In this document: positions 41,519-53,400 of the stretch, piece after piece
Layout of the letters: every line of letters begins with the position of its first letter
How positions within the stretch are numbered: the first letter of the stretch is position 1
Source: Takakia lepidozioides
Lineage: Eukaryota > Plantae > Bryophyta
Reading direction: 5' to 3'
Length of the DNA: 64,000 nucleotides
Assembly (NCBI GenBank): GCA_030704615.1
Contig: CM060734.1
Coordinates: forward strand, 33,294,001-33,358,000
Notes under the pieces: model-generated
The model's input: only the letters and a program-made list of their open reading frames with translations
Databases searched by the model: none
What the model was told of the DNA's origin: nothing
Position numbers and translations under genes: made by a program

Positions 41519-42750
41519 CTTCCTTCCTCGAGTATGTTTGTACCTTGCTATCGCAGATCTAGTGTAAATCGGTTTACTGCTGTCTCCAGAACACAGTTGA
41601 AGAATGAGCAGAGAATATGGCGGAGGAAGCTCAGATAACGACTGTGCATATTATGTTATTCTTTCCAGATATGCAGCCGTCCATTTTAATTACTTTTCTT
41701 GTGGGCCCAGTGGTCAGAGTATCCCTAGGGGCAGTGTCGGCAACTGTTAAACCGTTAATCAGAACCTCATAAATAAACCCAATAACAAAGCCGACTTCCT
41801 GGAAGCATGCCACAGGATCTGAGAATGGGATTGCAGATTAAGTAAATGTATCTATATACTACTACCAATGATCATGCGCACCTGGAAAGTTCCAAATGTG
41901 AAACGAATGTGGGGTTTGGCTAACAAGGATGACCGTGTATGATATTCCAAAATTTGTCATCAAACTCTCGTTCATTTATATTTATTTGTTTAAGACTGCG
42001 CATCAATTTCTGGGATTCGCTGTTATTTTTAAATATTGAACCCGTTCTAATAAAGAACACGCCGTTTTTTTTGGGCGGCACACGTCAGACATCCATAACT
42101 GAATACGAACAGCTGTACACCAATTGCTGGCATGTGCACTAATAAGGAAACGACTATGTGTAACGGTCACGCGGGAGGGAATCCGATGCTTCTAGAGACA
42201 CGCAAGAACGCAGGCAATCCCGCAAGAAATCGGGAGTCACTGCGTTTTTCTACTTTTCGCGCTTAGAGGGAGAGTGGTAGTCAAGCTGGAGAGGGTTCCT
42301 TCTAGAATACGAAAGAGCAGAAAGTCTCTTTATTTTACTTCCCTTAGAGAGAGACGCAGAGCAAGAGAGCAAATGACGAGGCGTCGTTTGTTGGAGAACA
42401 CAGGGCCAAGGCAGCAGGTGAACCGGTAGACTGATTCACAAGAGCAGACGGAGACTGAGGCAGCGGCTGCGACACAGTCGGCGATAAGAGTGCGCCAGCC
42501 TGTGGAGGCAGAGATGATTCGCAGGGACACTGAAGAAGGTGGAAGCACGCGGAACGCCGAACCTGGAGAAGGTCAAGAAACCCTTGCGCAGACAGAAACT
42601 CCAGCAGATGTGAGAGGGAAGAGGAAAGCTGCTGAAGGGGATCACATTTCAAAACCTAAGAAGGTGCCAGTAAGTTTTATCATATAGTCTGTCTGATTGC
42701 CTTTCAAGGAGTCCTTCCTCTTCCCTTTTTTAGCAGGAACTACTGAATTG

Positions 42751-43068
42751 CGAGCGTCGTTAACGCCATTCGATTCTCCTCATGAGATTTATATACCTAT
42801 GTGTTTGAAGAGAGAGTCTGCACTTACTATTCTCCCTAAACTACACTGAATGTCGTTGCCGCCAATCAGTTGCACATGTATGTCATTACACAACACCGAT
42901 CCGGCAGGTCGTTATCTTTTGTGATTGTCGTTAACGCCGTTCGCTATCGCTCTCGCTTTTGTTTTGAATACGGCAGTTCAGCTTTGCATGTGTAGATTGT
43001 GCTGAATTCTTTCACACCATTCATGGTGAGTTTCCTTGATAGAGAGTGATGGTCGTTACCGCCATTCA
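42751..43068. repeat. Four degenerate 22-bp palindromes in cargo-gene intron 1
   Basis: CGAGCGTCGTTAACGCCATTCG (42751), TGAATGTCGTTGCCGCCAATCA (42847), TGATTGTCGTTAACGCCGTTCG (42922), TGATGGTCGTTACCGCCATTCA (43047). Confidence 0.75.
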
Positions 43069-44939
43069 CTATTTGCAAATCACTCAGTCAGAACTGAATG
43101 GCATCATGCAGAAAATTGTGAGGTCGAAGCCTACAGGATCAGAGGGGAAAGGATCTGGAGATGGGGACGAGTCCGCAAAAAGCTCAGAGAATACAGATGA
43201 AGCAGATGAATCCGAAGTGCACTACCTTGACAAGGTGAAAGAACTCATGTCATTCCAGAAGGTAAACTCTCAGGAGGTTATAAGGGACATGCTCGTATCT
43301 GGAGGGCGTCTGGACATACCTCTGTGCCGGATGATATCAATGCCTGTTGTGCGTCCACCTCTTTCCCATGACATAACAAAATTGGAGAGTGATTTTGTGC
43401 ATGGATATAGACTTGGTGCACAAGTTTTTTATGTGTCACTGACGGATATAAATGGGAAAAGCACATTAGTGTCTCCAGAGATCAGTGATAACTGGGATGA
43501 GTGCTGGAAAGATGTCAATGAGGAGTTCGAGCTGGGCCTCATGATGGGAAAGAACACCCAGCAATTCTGCAACCACATGTTCTACGTCTGGGACGGCAAC
43601 CACCGATTGCTGGCATGGATGGGATACATTCAGAAACACCATTCGAAAGACAAAGACAAGCATGTTGCTGTGGAGGCAATGGTTTTGGATCCAGGAAACG
43701 ACATCGCTAGGCTTCTTACAGCTATGCACGACGTGAACAAGTAAGTCATCCAGGAGATTTCATTCCCTCTGTAGTGTCTTGTTAATCCTCAAAAAACAGT
43801 GTTAAGGAATGCAATGTTTCCAATGTTTTTGCAGATCGACAGAGAAATCGCATGTGACAACAAGCTTGGTTCACACACTATTCCGAATTCAGAGGATTGG
43901 TCTGATGAAGCTGGATGATTTTCGGACAGTACTACCACCCAATATCATCAAGAAGTGCGAAACAGGAAGAGCTGCAGGCACTTGGTATTCTTTGACACGA
44001 GAGGACGTTTCTGGAGTACATGTATGCGGTAAGCCCGAGTCTGTAATCTGTTTACTTTTCGAATACATGTTTGTAGTCCCTTCGGAGCTAATCACTACTT
44101 GAATGAATGCAGCAAGAACTGGCAGAGGCAGCTGAGAAGGGAAAATCCGAATATTACCGCACTACACCAGAAGAACTAAGGACATCAAAGGTGTGGAAGC
44201 TGCAATAAAGAAGGAGTTTGAAATGCGAAGAACCAAATTGAGTCAGCCTTCGGAAAGCAGCTTAGAATAGTAGATCCTGGACTTGGTCCTGAGTTCCTTC
44301 AGCAGATCAAAACACACTATGACAAGCATGTGCATCCGGAGATGCAGCAGGAGAAATTGCACCGGCTGGCCATATCGATGGTCGACCCACAAACAAAAAT
44401 AAGGTGGCTGGAGATATGGAACTCAGATCAAACAGTAAAGGACTTGAATCAGTTCCCAAAGAGCACCATACAGCCTGGCACAAAGGTGGAAGGAATCAGT
44501 GATTTGGTGTTTGATAACTGGCTCCACAAGGCTACATTTTGGAGTCAGGTGTGTATTCGAACATGCTGTTTCTTCTCTTCAAGTATGTGATGTGTATCTT
44601 TTTTGCAATTCTGACAAATATACTATTTGCAGCTCGAAAAGCGCGCCGTCATTGTGCTGGATCAGACTTTGAAGGACCTGAACATTGCGATTGTTTCCCC
44701 TCCCCAAATGTCATTGGAGGCATACATAAGGAAGTGGAGAGGTCTCACCTGGAGATACTGTTTTTTCCGGGAGTTCTCCAAAGATGGTAACATTTTACGG
44801 TCCAACGACTTTGACAGTCAGGTTGGAGGAGAGTGGGCCATGATGCGAGTTGTGTACAGGTGCAATGTCATACTTGAAACTCTACTGTTTTTTTGGGAAA
44901 AAATGTGGCTTCATATGGATTGCAATCTTAGATCCAGAT

Positions 44940-45641
44940 TGAATGTCGTTGACGACATTCACTTCTTTGTCTAAGTCATTCTTAAGCGAGTATATGAATT
45001 CACCTGGTTAGGATCTAAGGGTGCAATTATATTGTCCCTGATTAGAATTGATAATGTCCTTGAATGGCGTTGACGACATTCACATACGGAGTTGTTGAGA
45101 GGTCCTCAGAGTTATTTAATTTTTTATAATGTCCATAGAGGTTACAGTGAGGGTTCCTCACTTCATTTTGCTGAATGTCAATGCAGACATTCAGTTGTTC
45201 TGCATTGTTTTTGCCTCTTGCGATGAATGTGGAGGCTTGATAAGCTCTGTTTTAAGAAATCCAAAGTGAATGTCGTTGACGACTTTCACAGCTGTGTCTG
45301 TATTATTCAACAGCGACAAATTCAATTTACATGGATTGGGGAGCTAAGTAATTGGTTTCTTTTTTGTATTTTTGTGAATGGCGTTGACGCCATTCACATA
45401 CAGTGATGTTGTGAGGTCCTCAGTGATAGGTTCGTTATGAATGTGCATTGAGTTTGCCTTGAGGGTTCTTTACTCAATTTTTTGATTTCCATCCTGTGAT
45501 TTTGCTTCATTTAAGTAATAATTTGGCTTCATTAGTGAATGTCGTTGACGACATTCACTTCTATAATTTGCATTCATCTGGATTAGGGTGTATTTACAGT
45601 GTCATTGAATGGAATGTTCTGAATGGCGTTGACGACATTCA
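44940..45641. repeat. Seven 22-bp palindromes (TGAATGTCGT-TG-ACGACATTCA) in cargo-gene intron 5
   Basis: Copies start at 44940, 45061, 45172 (degenerate centre), 45267, 45375, 45536 and 45620, within ~250-320-bp higher-order duplications. Confidence 0.92.
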
Positions 45642-48554
45642 TATCTGGAGCAGTAGTGTGGTCCTGAAAGGTCCTTGGAGCAGTTCTCACAGCCATTTCA
45701 ATCTATGTTTTATTCTTTCTGTTCTACTTGCATCTTACTCACTGAGCGCTTTTGTGGGTTGGGATTTATCTCCTTTTTTCAGGTACACGAAATATGTGCT
45801 TATGGAAGGAAATCACCTGAGCGGAATTCCCGACTATCTTGACATGTGGTCGGACCCTGCAAACGATCCAACCATGTATACTGCAGGGATATTGAAGGAC
45901 TGGAGTCCTTCTCACTTCAGAGACTGTGGGTGGTACCTTGACTGCCCACCTGAGCACACGACCTTTCAAGAACATCATATGAAATACTTGAACAATAACG
46001 CTGAGATGCTGGCGCCTTTGACTGACGAAGAGTATCAACGAAACATAGCAACATTGGCTGCCAAGGAGCCTGATGCTCAGGGAACGCTGCAGAAGGGAAA
46101 GAAGGCGGGCCGCAAACCAAAAGACAAGGCTGTTGATGTCATAGCCATCTCACCAGCAAAGCCAAAGGACAAAGACAAGTCCAAAGAGAAGGAAAAAGAC
46201 AAGGGGAAGGAGAATGAAAAGGAAATGGAGAGTGGGCAGGACTTTACTGCTGGAAGATATACCCGCACTCTTCAGTGCGTGTTCGATGCCAAGCCACACC
46301 CTTCCCGTTCTGATTCAGCAGGAGAGATGAAAATTGTTAATGAGGGTTGGCTTTCGATGATGCAGAGTCGAAAGAGAGGATACACTGGGGTGCGATCCCC
46401 TACCTGGGACAATATAATCTCATTCCTCAATCTGGTGAGAATTCCAGTTTCTTTCCTTTTTCTCTGAAAGTTTCGTTGGCAGTATTTCAGTCTCGTTCTT
46501 TGAAAACAATCTTGCCATCGTTCTTATAAAAAACATGTCTGTTGCAGGTGAGCACAGGTCCCACCTTCGTGTGCGGTGTGCAGAAAACTTATGCGGCCGA
46601 CATTGTCATTCTCGACATCCCGGATGGCCAGGCTGTGCCAGAAGTTCTTCCAAAGGGCAAGACGCCAGGCTGGAACAAATTCGAGGACAACTACTGGAGT
46701 TGGGTGTTCGGGTTCTGTAACAATTTCCTCTCTGATGCAGGGACACTTCTGCTTTTTCAGTCATGTGACAATGATAGTCGTCGGGCATTGGCATCATACC
46801 TCAAGTCTTCAGGGTTTGAAGTTTTGCGCACATGGAATTGTGTGAACAGCCTATACCTTGTGAAAGGGGGTTTCCCTGGTCAGCTGGTATGCCGTCTCCC
46901 TTCTGCTTGTGCTTTGATCATGAGTTTCAATTTTCTCTGCAGGTCCACTCTAGTAGAATGTTTTATGATCGACACCGATCATCACCGATTCATGATTTTT
47001 TTGTGTCAGAGTTCTGAATAGCCGATGTACACACTTCCACTATAGATTGTGTTTACCACACTAACCTGCTATCTTTGCCAGACGAGGATGTTCGAGGCGA
47101 TCTGCCTGCGGAGGATTCGCACATCAAAGACACCATCCTCCATCCGCAGCTTTGAGATTTCTGACCAGGGTTGTTTCGTCAACCCCCCCTATGAGCCCCA
47201 TGTCGATGACATTTTGTACAACTTCATGCAGTCCAGTCAGACTCTGAAGAGACCAGATGACACTCCCTGGAGAGGTGCAAATGAAAAGTCACCAGCATTC
47301 ATGCAAATACTGCTGGAGTCATGCAGCCACCGCTCTGCACGGGTGGTCGATCTTTCTGTGTCCACAGGTTCGTTTTTTCCCTTCCGAATTTGTTTCCTTT
47401 CAACAGTTTCATCTGCGTAAATCCCCCCCTCCAAACTGTTCATGTTATCCTATCTGGTGCAGGAGCAACTTACCACGCATGCAAGGCAGGCGGAAGAAGC
47501 CTTTTTGGCATGGAGGGTGATTCTGACCTCTACAACACCGTGCTCCTCCCCCTTTTGTCTGGCTCCACTTCAGGCACACAGACTGATCGGATTCAAATTC
47601 GAAATGATGACGATCCCGAAGATAAGCAGGTCGACAACGACTTTTCATGTGAGTAAGTGCTAAACCCTCTTTGGGAGTCATACTCAATTTCTCGATAACA
47701 TCAAAGTTACAGTACTAACTTTTTCAGGCTGTCTTTCAGGAAAGGCAGCGGTGGATCTTCAGGAGATACAGTCATTTCTGGCGAGTCTGTTTTCGACAGC
47801 CCCCTTTCCAATTTTCTGCTTCCTGTTTATGCCGAAGCAATGGCACTTCACGCGGCCGAGTCCCTATCCCCTGACTTTTTAGTGGCCAGCCGTAGGTGTA
47901 TCCAGCGTGGATCCGGTGTTCTAAAATACTTAGACTTAGATGCAGAGGAAGAGGGGATACATTGTACTGACTCTGAGTCAGACTGAACTGTATTCTTTTA
48001 ATATTCATTTTCATATTATCTGGAAAACGTTGAATCCATTTCCTCCACCGTAGTTGTTCCTTTAGAACAAATAATAATCACAGAATCAACTTTCGTTTAA
48101 ATTGCTATATGTATGAATCCATCTCACAAACCTCCCTGACTCTTCTCATATCCATTGTGCATTCATCTACACTGTATTCATGCGTGCTCCATTCATGAAA
48201 GCTTCCTTTGTACAACATCCATTGTACATTCATCCTCTGTACTCTTTAATCCACACCACAAACCTTCCACACTCATTTCATATACGTTGTGCATTCGTCA
48301 AAAGATTTGGTCATGCATCTTCCTGTCATGAATTTTTGTCATTGCTCAACATCCACTATACATTCATCCATTTTACTCTTATCCATCCGTCATTCATCCA
48401 TCTACATACATTTTTCACACTCATCCATCTGTTTATCATCCAACTGTACATTCATCCATCCTTTATTCAATGCCTTTTATTATGTCGTCCAGCTTGTTTA
48501 CTCGGTAAAGGGTGCCAATCCGTGGGAATACACTCCACTTCTTTCTGGGCGCGT

Positions 48555-48683
48555 GGTGACGCGGCCTTCACGTGTGATGACGTGGACTGAGCCCCGTGAC
48601 GTGGCATTTGCGCAAGGTGACATGGCGTGAGCGCAGTTGCGCTCACGCGCTCACGTGACCAGGCTCACGCCGAGGCATCCCTG
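48555..48683. repeat. Right TIR and subterminal repeats of the inner MULE
   Basis: TGACGTGG and GCTCACGC repeats, ending GCTCACGCCGAGGCATCCCTG immediately before the TSD. Confidence 0.85.
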
Positions 48684-50159
48684 TCAAACATTAACCAACA
48701 TTTTGCCAAATCTCCTCCAGGTTGCATTCGGCGGACAATGCTCACACCACTGCCTTCGCCCACTGTGGACATCTTGAACAAATACACCTTGGACGAGCCC
48801 TAGCTAGGGAAGATATTGTTTTGAATGAATTCATAGCGACTCCTCCGTCTGAGGTCCATAATGTTGTCCATGAATCCAGCAGTGTCTGTGCCCATTCTGA
48901 GTGCATTCACCTGGTTTCGAATATTAGGAGAGCTCAACACGGAGAAATGGTCCATCACTGCATCAAGCGAATCTGCATCCAGCATTGGTTGTGTCGCATC
49001 CCCCTTCACCCAGTACGTGTTTTTCCAGGAATGCCTTGCTAGCTGCAAGCGCTATAGCAGAAGGTGTTGCACAAGGGGCATTGTGGAACTCCTGCCTCAG
49101 CAGATTTCTAGTGATGTCCACCATATCCCTGCAACTTCCTTTGGACACAGGATGCTCGTGTGTACCCATATGAATGCAGGCACGAGTCATTGTCTTGCAT
49201 CGGTGTGCCACCTGGTACATACGAGCGTGATACACAAAAACACAGGACGAGGAAAGTTTGTAAAATCTGCACACAAAAGTATTGGTCTTGGGAGGAGCAA
49301 GCCCTGGGGTGAAAGGATTCAGGGGCACACCTTCCCACTCACTTTCATTTGGTTTAGCGCTATTTCTCAGGCGAGGGCAAGAAATATTCACGCACTTGCA
49401 ATGCCCAACGCAAACCGACCTTCGAAATTTCAATCCAATGTCGTTGTGGATGTTCGACGTTTTTGTCCTGCACCAAGGGTGTCCTTCATGTTTCTTGTCC
49501 ATGCCCTGCAGAAGCCCAGCTAGTCCACTGGAAGACGTGGGAGGGTTGAGCTCAAACAAGATGTCCCCATCAAACTCTGCTGGCACGTATTGAGCCCGCT
49601 ACACACGAAGGGACTCCCAATCAACAAAACGCAGCTCGCTCTTGCACCCAGGCACCCCTGCGAGGGCTTTCAATTTTGGAATGACACTCGTTATCTCCTG
49701 CAATTCGTCATCATCCAAGAATGGAGTATGCACTAGCGGAGGAATCTCAGAAACATCCTCCGAGGACGAGTCTGAAATAGTCACGAATGTAGTGGATGTG
49801 CTCACCTCTTGTTTCACATGAACTGTGCCATTCTGCTGCATGACCGATGCTGCAGTGCCAGGGGTAACTACTGATCCTGTTGATTGTCTTCTCTCTTTTC
49901 CAAGGACCCGGTATGTGCCTGGAAGGACTCTCTACTTCCTTCCACACTCGCCAACCAATGGTTTCTCCAACTGCCCAGAATCCAAATTCCCATCCTCGTC
50001 ATACACCTCTTTTTGAACAAGCAAAGAACCCAATTCCAGCGGGAACACTGTAACCAGCTCATCCTCATGAACAACTGCAAACCCATCGCCATCTGCAGTG
50101 GCAGTCAGTGGAAGACTACCTGCATTGGAATGAAATCGAGCGAGTCTAACCATATTCAT
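48684..50159 (-). pseudogene. Outer MULE transposase, 5' half (GCM-like domain up to the first catalytic Asp)
   Basis: Collinear with the inner transposase N-terminus: EGHPWCRTKTSNI...RRSVCVGHCKCVNISC...RACIHMGTHEHPV...RMQPGGDLAKCWLMFD. Contains stops and frameshifts. Confidence 0.9.
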
Positions 50160-50204
50160 CCACTAGTATTCATCCGTCCGACTTTTTTCATCCGTATCTC
50201 ATGC

Positions 50205-50446
50205 AACCTCCACTGTACAGTGGAGGTTATATAATTAGACTCAATCTTCACATGACATGTTCCAGACCAAACAGTAACTCCATTTCTATTCTATTTCTCT
50301 GAAACGTTCATACGCGAGGGTTTTTTTTTTTTTTTGTATTGATTCATCTCTGAATAGAGTTTTAACTCATACTGCTTATTACTGTGAGTAAGGTTGTTAC
50401 GGAGGGGTTTTCAGTTTCTTGAACCTCGCGTGTGCAGTGGAGGTTC
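50205..50446. promoter_or_regulatory. Palindromic motifs in the divergent intergenic region
   Basis: Perfect palindrome AACCTCCACTGTACAGTGGAGGTT (50205-50228) and the variant GAACCTCGCGTGTGCAGTGGAGGTTC (50421-50446). A regulatory role is inferred only. Confidence 0.55.
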
Positions 50447-50454
50447 CGGTGATC

Positions 50455-53400
50455 ATGAGCTTAGAGACTGGTCAAAGAATGTTTCTTATTCTTCCCGGGT
50501 CTTCATCTTCAGTAGCAACTGGGGACTGCCTTAATGTCTCCGGGGTTGGGACCTGTCATGGACACCAATTATCTTCCTCAACCATTTCAGTGGTTCTCAT
50601 CTCATGTGATAAAGCAAACTCATTATGTCCTCTTCCTTATGGACATATGGATGCTAACATCTTGAAGAAGGCCATTGGGACCCTGGTGGTGTGGAATGTT
50701 GGCGAAGTTCATGAAGAGAATAACGAGTATCAAGGAAGGCATGACATGAATCCTGATTTTACGCCGGAGAGAAGGTATACTGCCGAAAATTCTGACGTCG
50801 ACGAGGATGAATCAAACCACATACCATCGAAGAGTTCCAAGAATCCGAGCGGAGGACTTGGACGAAACAACTGGAGAAACTTGCAGTGCGTACTGTTGGG
50901 TAATAATGGGGGTGCACTGTTCGAGGGGAGGATTCAAGCCTGCATTCCGGACGAGGTGATCCTCAATGACAAACTGGGAGAGGAAAATGTTGGAGTTCTT
51001 GTCACCAGAATACTTTCTGGAGGATATGGATCTTTGATGTCTCTTGTAAAATGGTTTTTAATAAAAACACGACTTTTGGAAAGTGGGAGACTACTCTCAA
51101 ATGATCTGGAGAATTTTATTAGATCTTCTGACAGTATCTTGTACGAAGATCATGAGGCAGGTGTGAAGAAAGCGGCGTATCGGCATTTTACGAGGAAGAA
51201 GAGGGATCGAGATTTGGAACACTCAAAAAAAAGAATGAAGAATCTTACTCTAGAGGAAGTCCGGTCCGTGAGCAGCAAACCTTGCTGCAGACTTCACTGC
51301 TGTCAATATTTCGATTGGCGAAAAACCTTGACTATTCGTACTTCGTTTTGGGGATCCACTTTCGATGAGAGGAGAGAACATGGACTAAATATTTCAAAAC
51401 GACTTCACATGCTGGAAGGGACCTCTCGCAGGGCATATGTTACAATTGAGGGTGTAGATGTTTGTGAGACTGCGTGGTGGACAATTCATGGAATTGGCAG
51501 GTCTACATACATGGAGTACAAAAAATTGAGTAAACAGGGTTAGTTGTCAAGTCTCTATGGGAACCGTGGAGTGAAGAGGCCACGCCTACGGGCGCTTCAG
51601 GCAGAAGGTAAACCGTAACATTATGTCCATTATCAACGAAAATACTGACCTCATGCCCCATAAGACAAGATGCATTGGGGAGGGAAGGAGGGATACTATG
51701 AGAGTCTTACCACCTGAAATGAACTAGAAGCGAATACGAGACGAGTCCAACAAGGTATGAAATCTCCATTTTTCAATTTCATTCCTAGAAGTTTTGTCTG
51801 ATTCAATGTGGATGACCCTCCCTTCGATTTTGTCTCTTTCAACTGTGGTTCTAGTTTCATGAACCTCCACTGTCCAGTGGATGTTCCTTTCCTGACCGTT
51901 CTTTATTGTAACAGACGAACAGAATTTTCGGGTTAGAAGGAGTCTCGCAGTCGGCTGTTAGCCGCATCCAGAGTCGGATATTTCCTAACGTGGAGGTTCA
52001 TAAAACTGGGAGCACATTTGCGAAGTGCACGGAGTGTGAGATGTTAAATGACTTGATCAAAAAGTTTGTCAAGAGAAGTGCGGAACATGTGACACACAAA
52101 CGAGCGCTTGATAAACATTTGAGGCACCAAGAGTCGTGCAGAAGATTGTACCATAGTTGGAGGAATGAGTCTGTTATGATTCCGGAGGAGTTTCTCTGTA
52201 TTATTCACGACAAAATGGATCATAGGAAAACAGCTATTCCAAGGCTCCAGACTCTGAACAAGATGATTTCTGGATCTGGTCAGCTTCCAATTTCACTAAC
52301 AGGAATGGTCACGCACGGACATGGTGATGGAGCTTACGGTCAGTATTTCTTGAGTTTTGGAAGGGGAATTCAAACTTTACAATTGGTTCTTTGGCACGTT
52401 GCCTGCGCCAGCTGGAGAAGCCAACCTGTCGGGAGTCCAGGAATATTTTCGATTACCGACTTCAAAACGAGTTTTTCGAATCATTTTTAAGAGGTAAATC
52501 GAGATGTTTGGATGCTCTTAAACCCTGCAGGCCGGAAGACAAACGTGGTGCTCGTCCATTTCCGAGAAGACTGTACTTGCAAATGGACAACTCCGCGAAG
52601 GACAATAAGAACAGATGGATGCTTGCTTTTCTATCCCTCCTGACCGCCAAAGATGTTTTTGAAGAGATCCAGCTAGGGTTTCTAATGGTCGGACACACCC
52701 ATGAGGACATCGACGGGTTCTTCAGCTACCTTTCGAAGAAGCTAAAGGAACGAAGCACTTACATTCTTTCGGATTTGATGAGGTCATTTATGACCTCGCA
52801 AGATCTACAGTTCATTCCACAGATTATTCAAGAAGTTCCCGACTTCAAGAATTTTGTAAAGGGCTGTATTCTGGATGGAAAGGAGGCATTGGTCGGGATT
52901 TCGGAGATGCACGTCTTCCGTCTTTTTAAGGATGCGGAGGACTGGCCTGTCATGAAGTACAAGAAGTCCGCTACTGATTTGGATTGGCTTCCAACAAACA
53001 ATAGCGTGAAGATGTGGAAGTCCAATCCTGACGGGACTCCCAAGCTCCCTGAAGGAGACCCAGATGCCGTTCCAAGGAGACCTATGTGGGGGATCGTTGG
53101 GTGAATAAGACTGGCTGGGTCTGTACTAGCTGGGGACTCCTCCGAAAACAGTCGTTCACTAAGAATGGAATAAAAAAATACATGGATTTTTGGACGAAAA
53201 GAATGATGCTTGACGATCATTACAGAGGTCGAATGGAACAATACGACCAGTACTGGGGAAACATTCTCGCCGAGCTGGATAAGCCAATTCCAGAAGCTCC
53301 CGAGCGTATTCATCTACTTGAGGGATTCTGGCCGAAAACAAATTGGTCCACGAATCATCTCAGAGATGGAGTCCATCCACATATAGTGCCAGATGTAGAA

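Larger units (their letters stand above)
42373..47656 (+). pseudogene. TE cargo gene: ParB/Srx-like domain fused to a beta-class N4C/N6A DNA methyltransferase-like domain; 9 exons, partly degenerate
   Basis: Exons approx. 42373-42663, 43079-43740, 43835-44028, 44113-44548, 44633-44859, 45783-46434, 46548-46886, 47082-47367, 47463-47656. ParB-like motif FYVWDGNHRLLAW near 43580-43620. MTase motif IV-like ADIVILDIPDG (DIPD at 46614-46625) precedes EKSPAFMQILLESCSHRSARVVDLSVSTGATYHACKAGGRSLFGMEGD (motif X/I region). Lesions: TAG at 42427, an AG>AA acceptor at 43077-43078, and frameshifts or stops in exons 3-4. Confidence 0.8.
37390..48683. mobile_element. Complete 11,294-bp Mutator-like element with transposase and ParB/DNA-methyltransferase-like cargo gene
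   Basis: Perfect 9-bp TSD TCAAACATT at 37381-37389 and 48684-48692. Imperfect TIRs: left CAACGACGCAATGGCGTGAGCGTTG-CACGTGAGCGCGCGAGCG, right (reverse complement) CAGGGATGCCTCGGCGTGAGCCTGGTCACGTGAGCGCGTGAGCG. Removing it rejoins the outer transposase as GDLAKCWL-MFD-HCKRVKGW. Confidence 0.95.
34901..50230 (-). mobile_element. Outer GCM-MULE element (left terminus at 34901, right terminus not found; may extend over the Sola-like gene and beyond)
   Basis: Begins CAGCGTAGCTACGACGTGAGCCCAGCCCCGTGAGC, the same pattern as the inner element termini (CA..G..GC....CGTGAGC....C.CGTGAGC), with CGTGAGC repeats to ~35005. Its transposase gene is split at 37389/48684 by the inner element. Confidence 0.75.

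Noticed and set aside
44940-45641. CRISPR array or bacterial contamination for the palindromes and the ParB-MTase gene
   Set aside because: Spacing is irregular and the spacers are duplicated. The gene has spliceosomal introns and lies within a TSD-bounded plant MULE.
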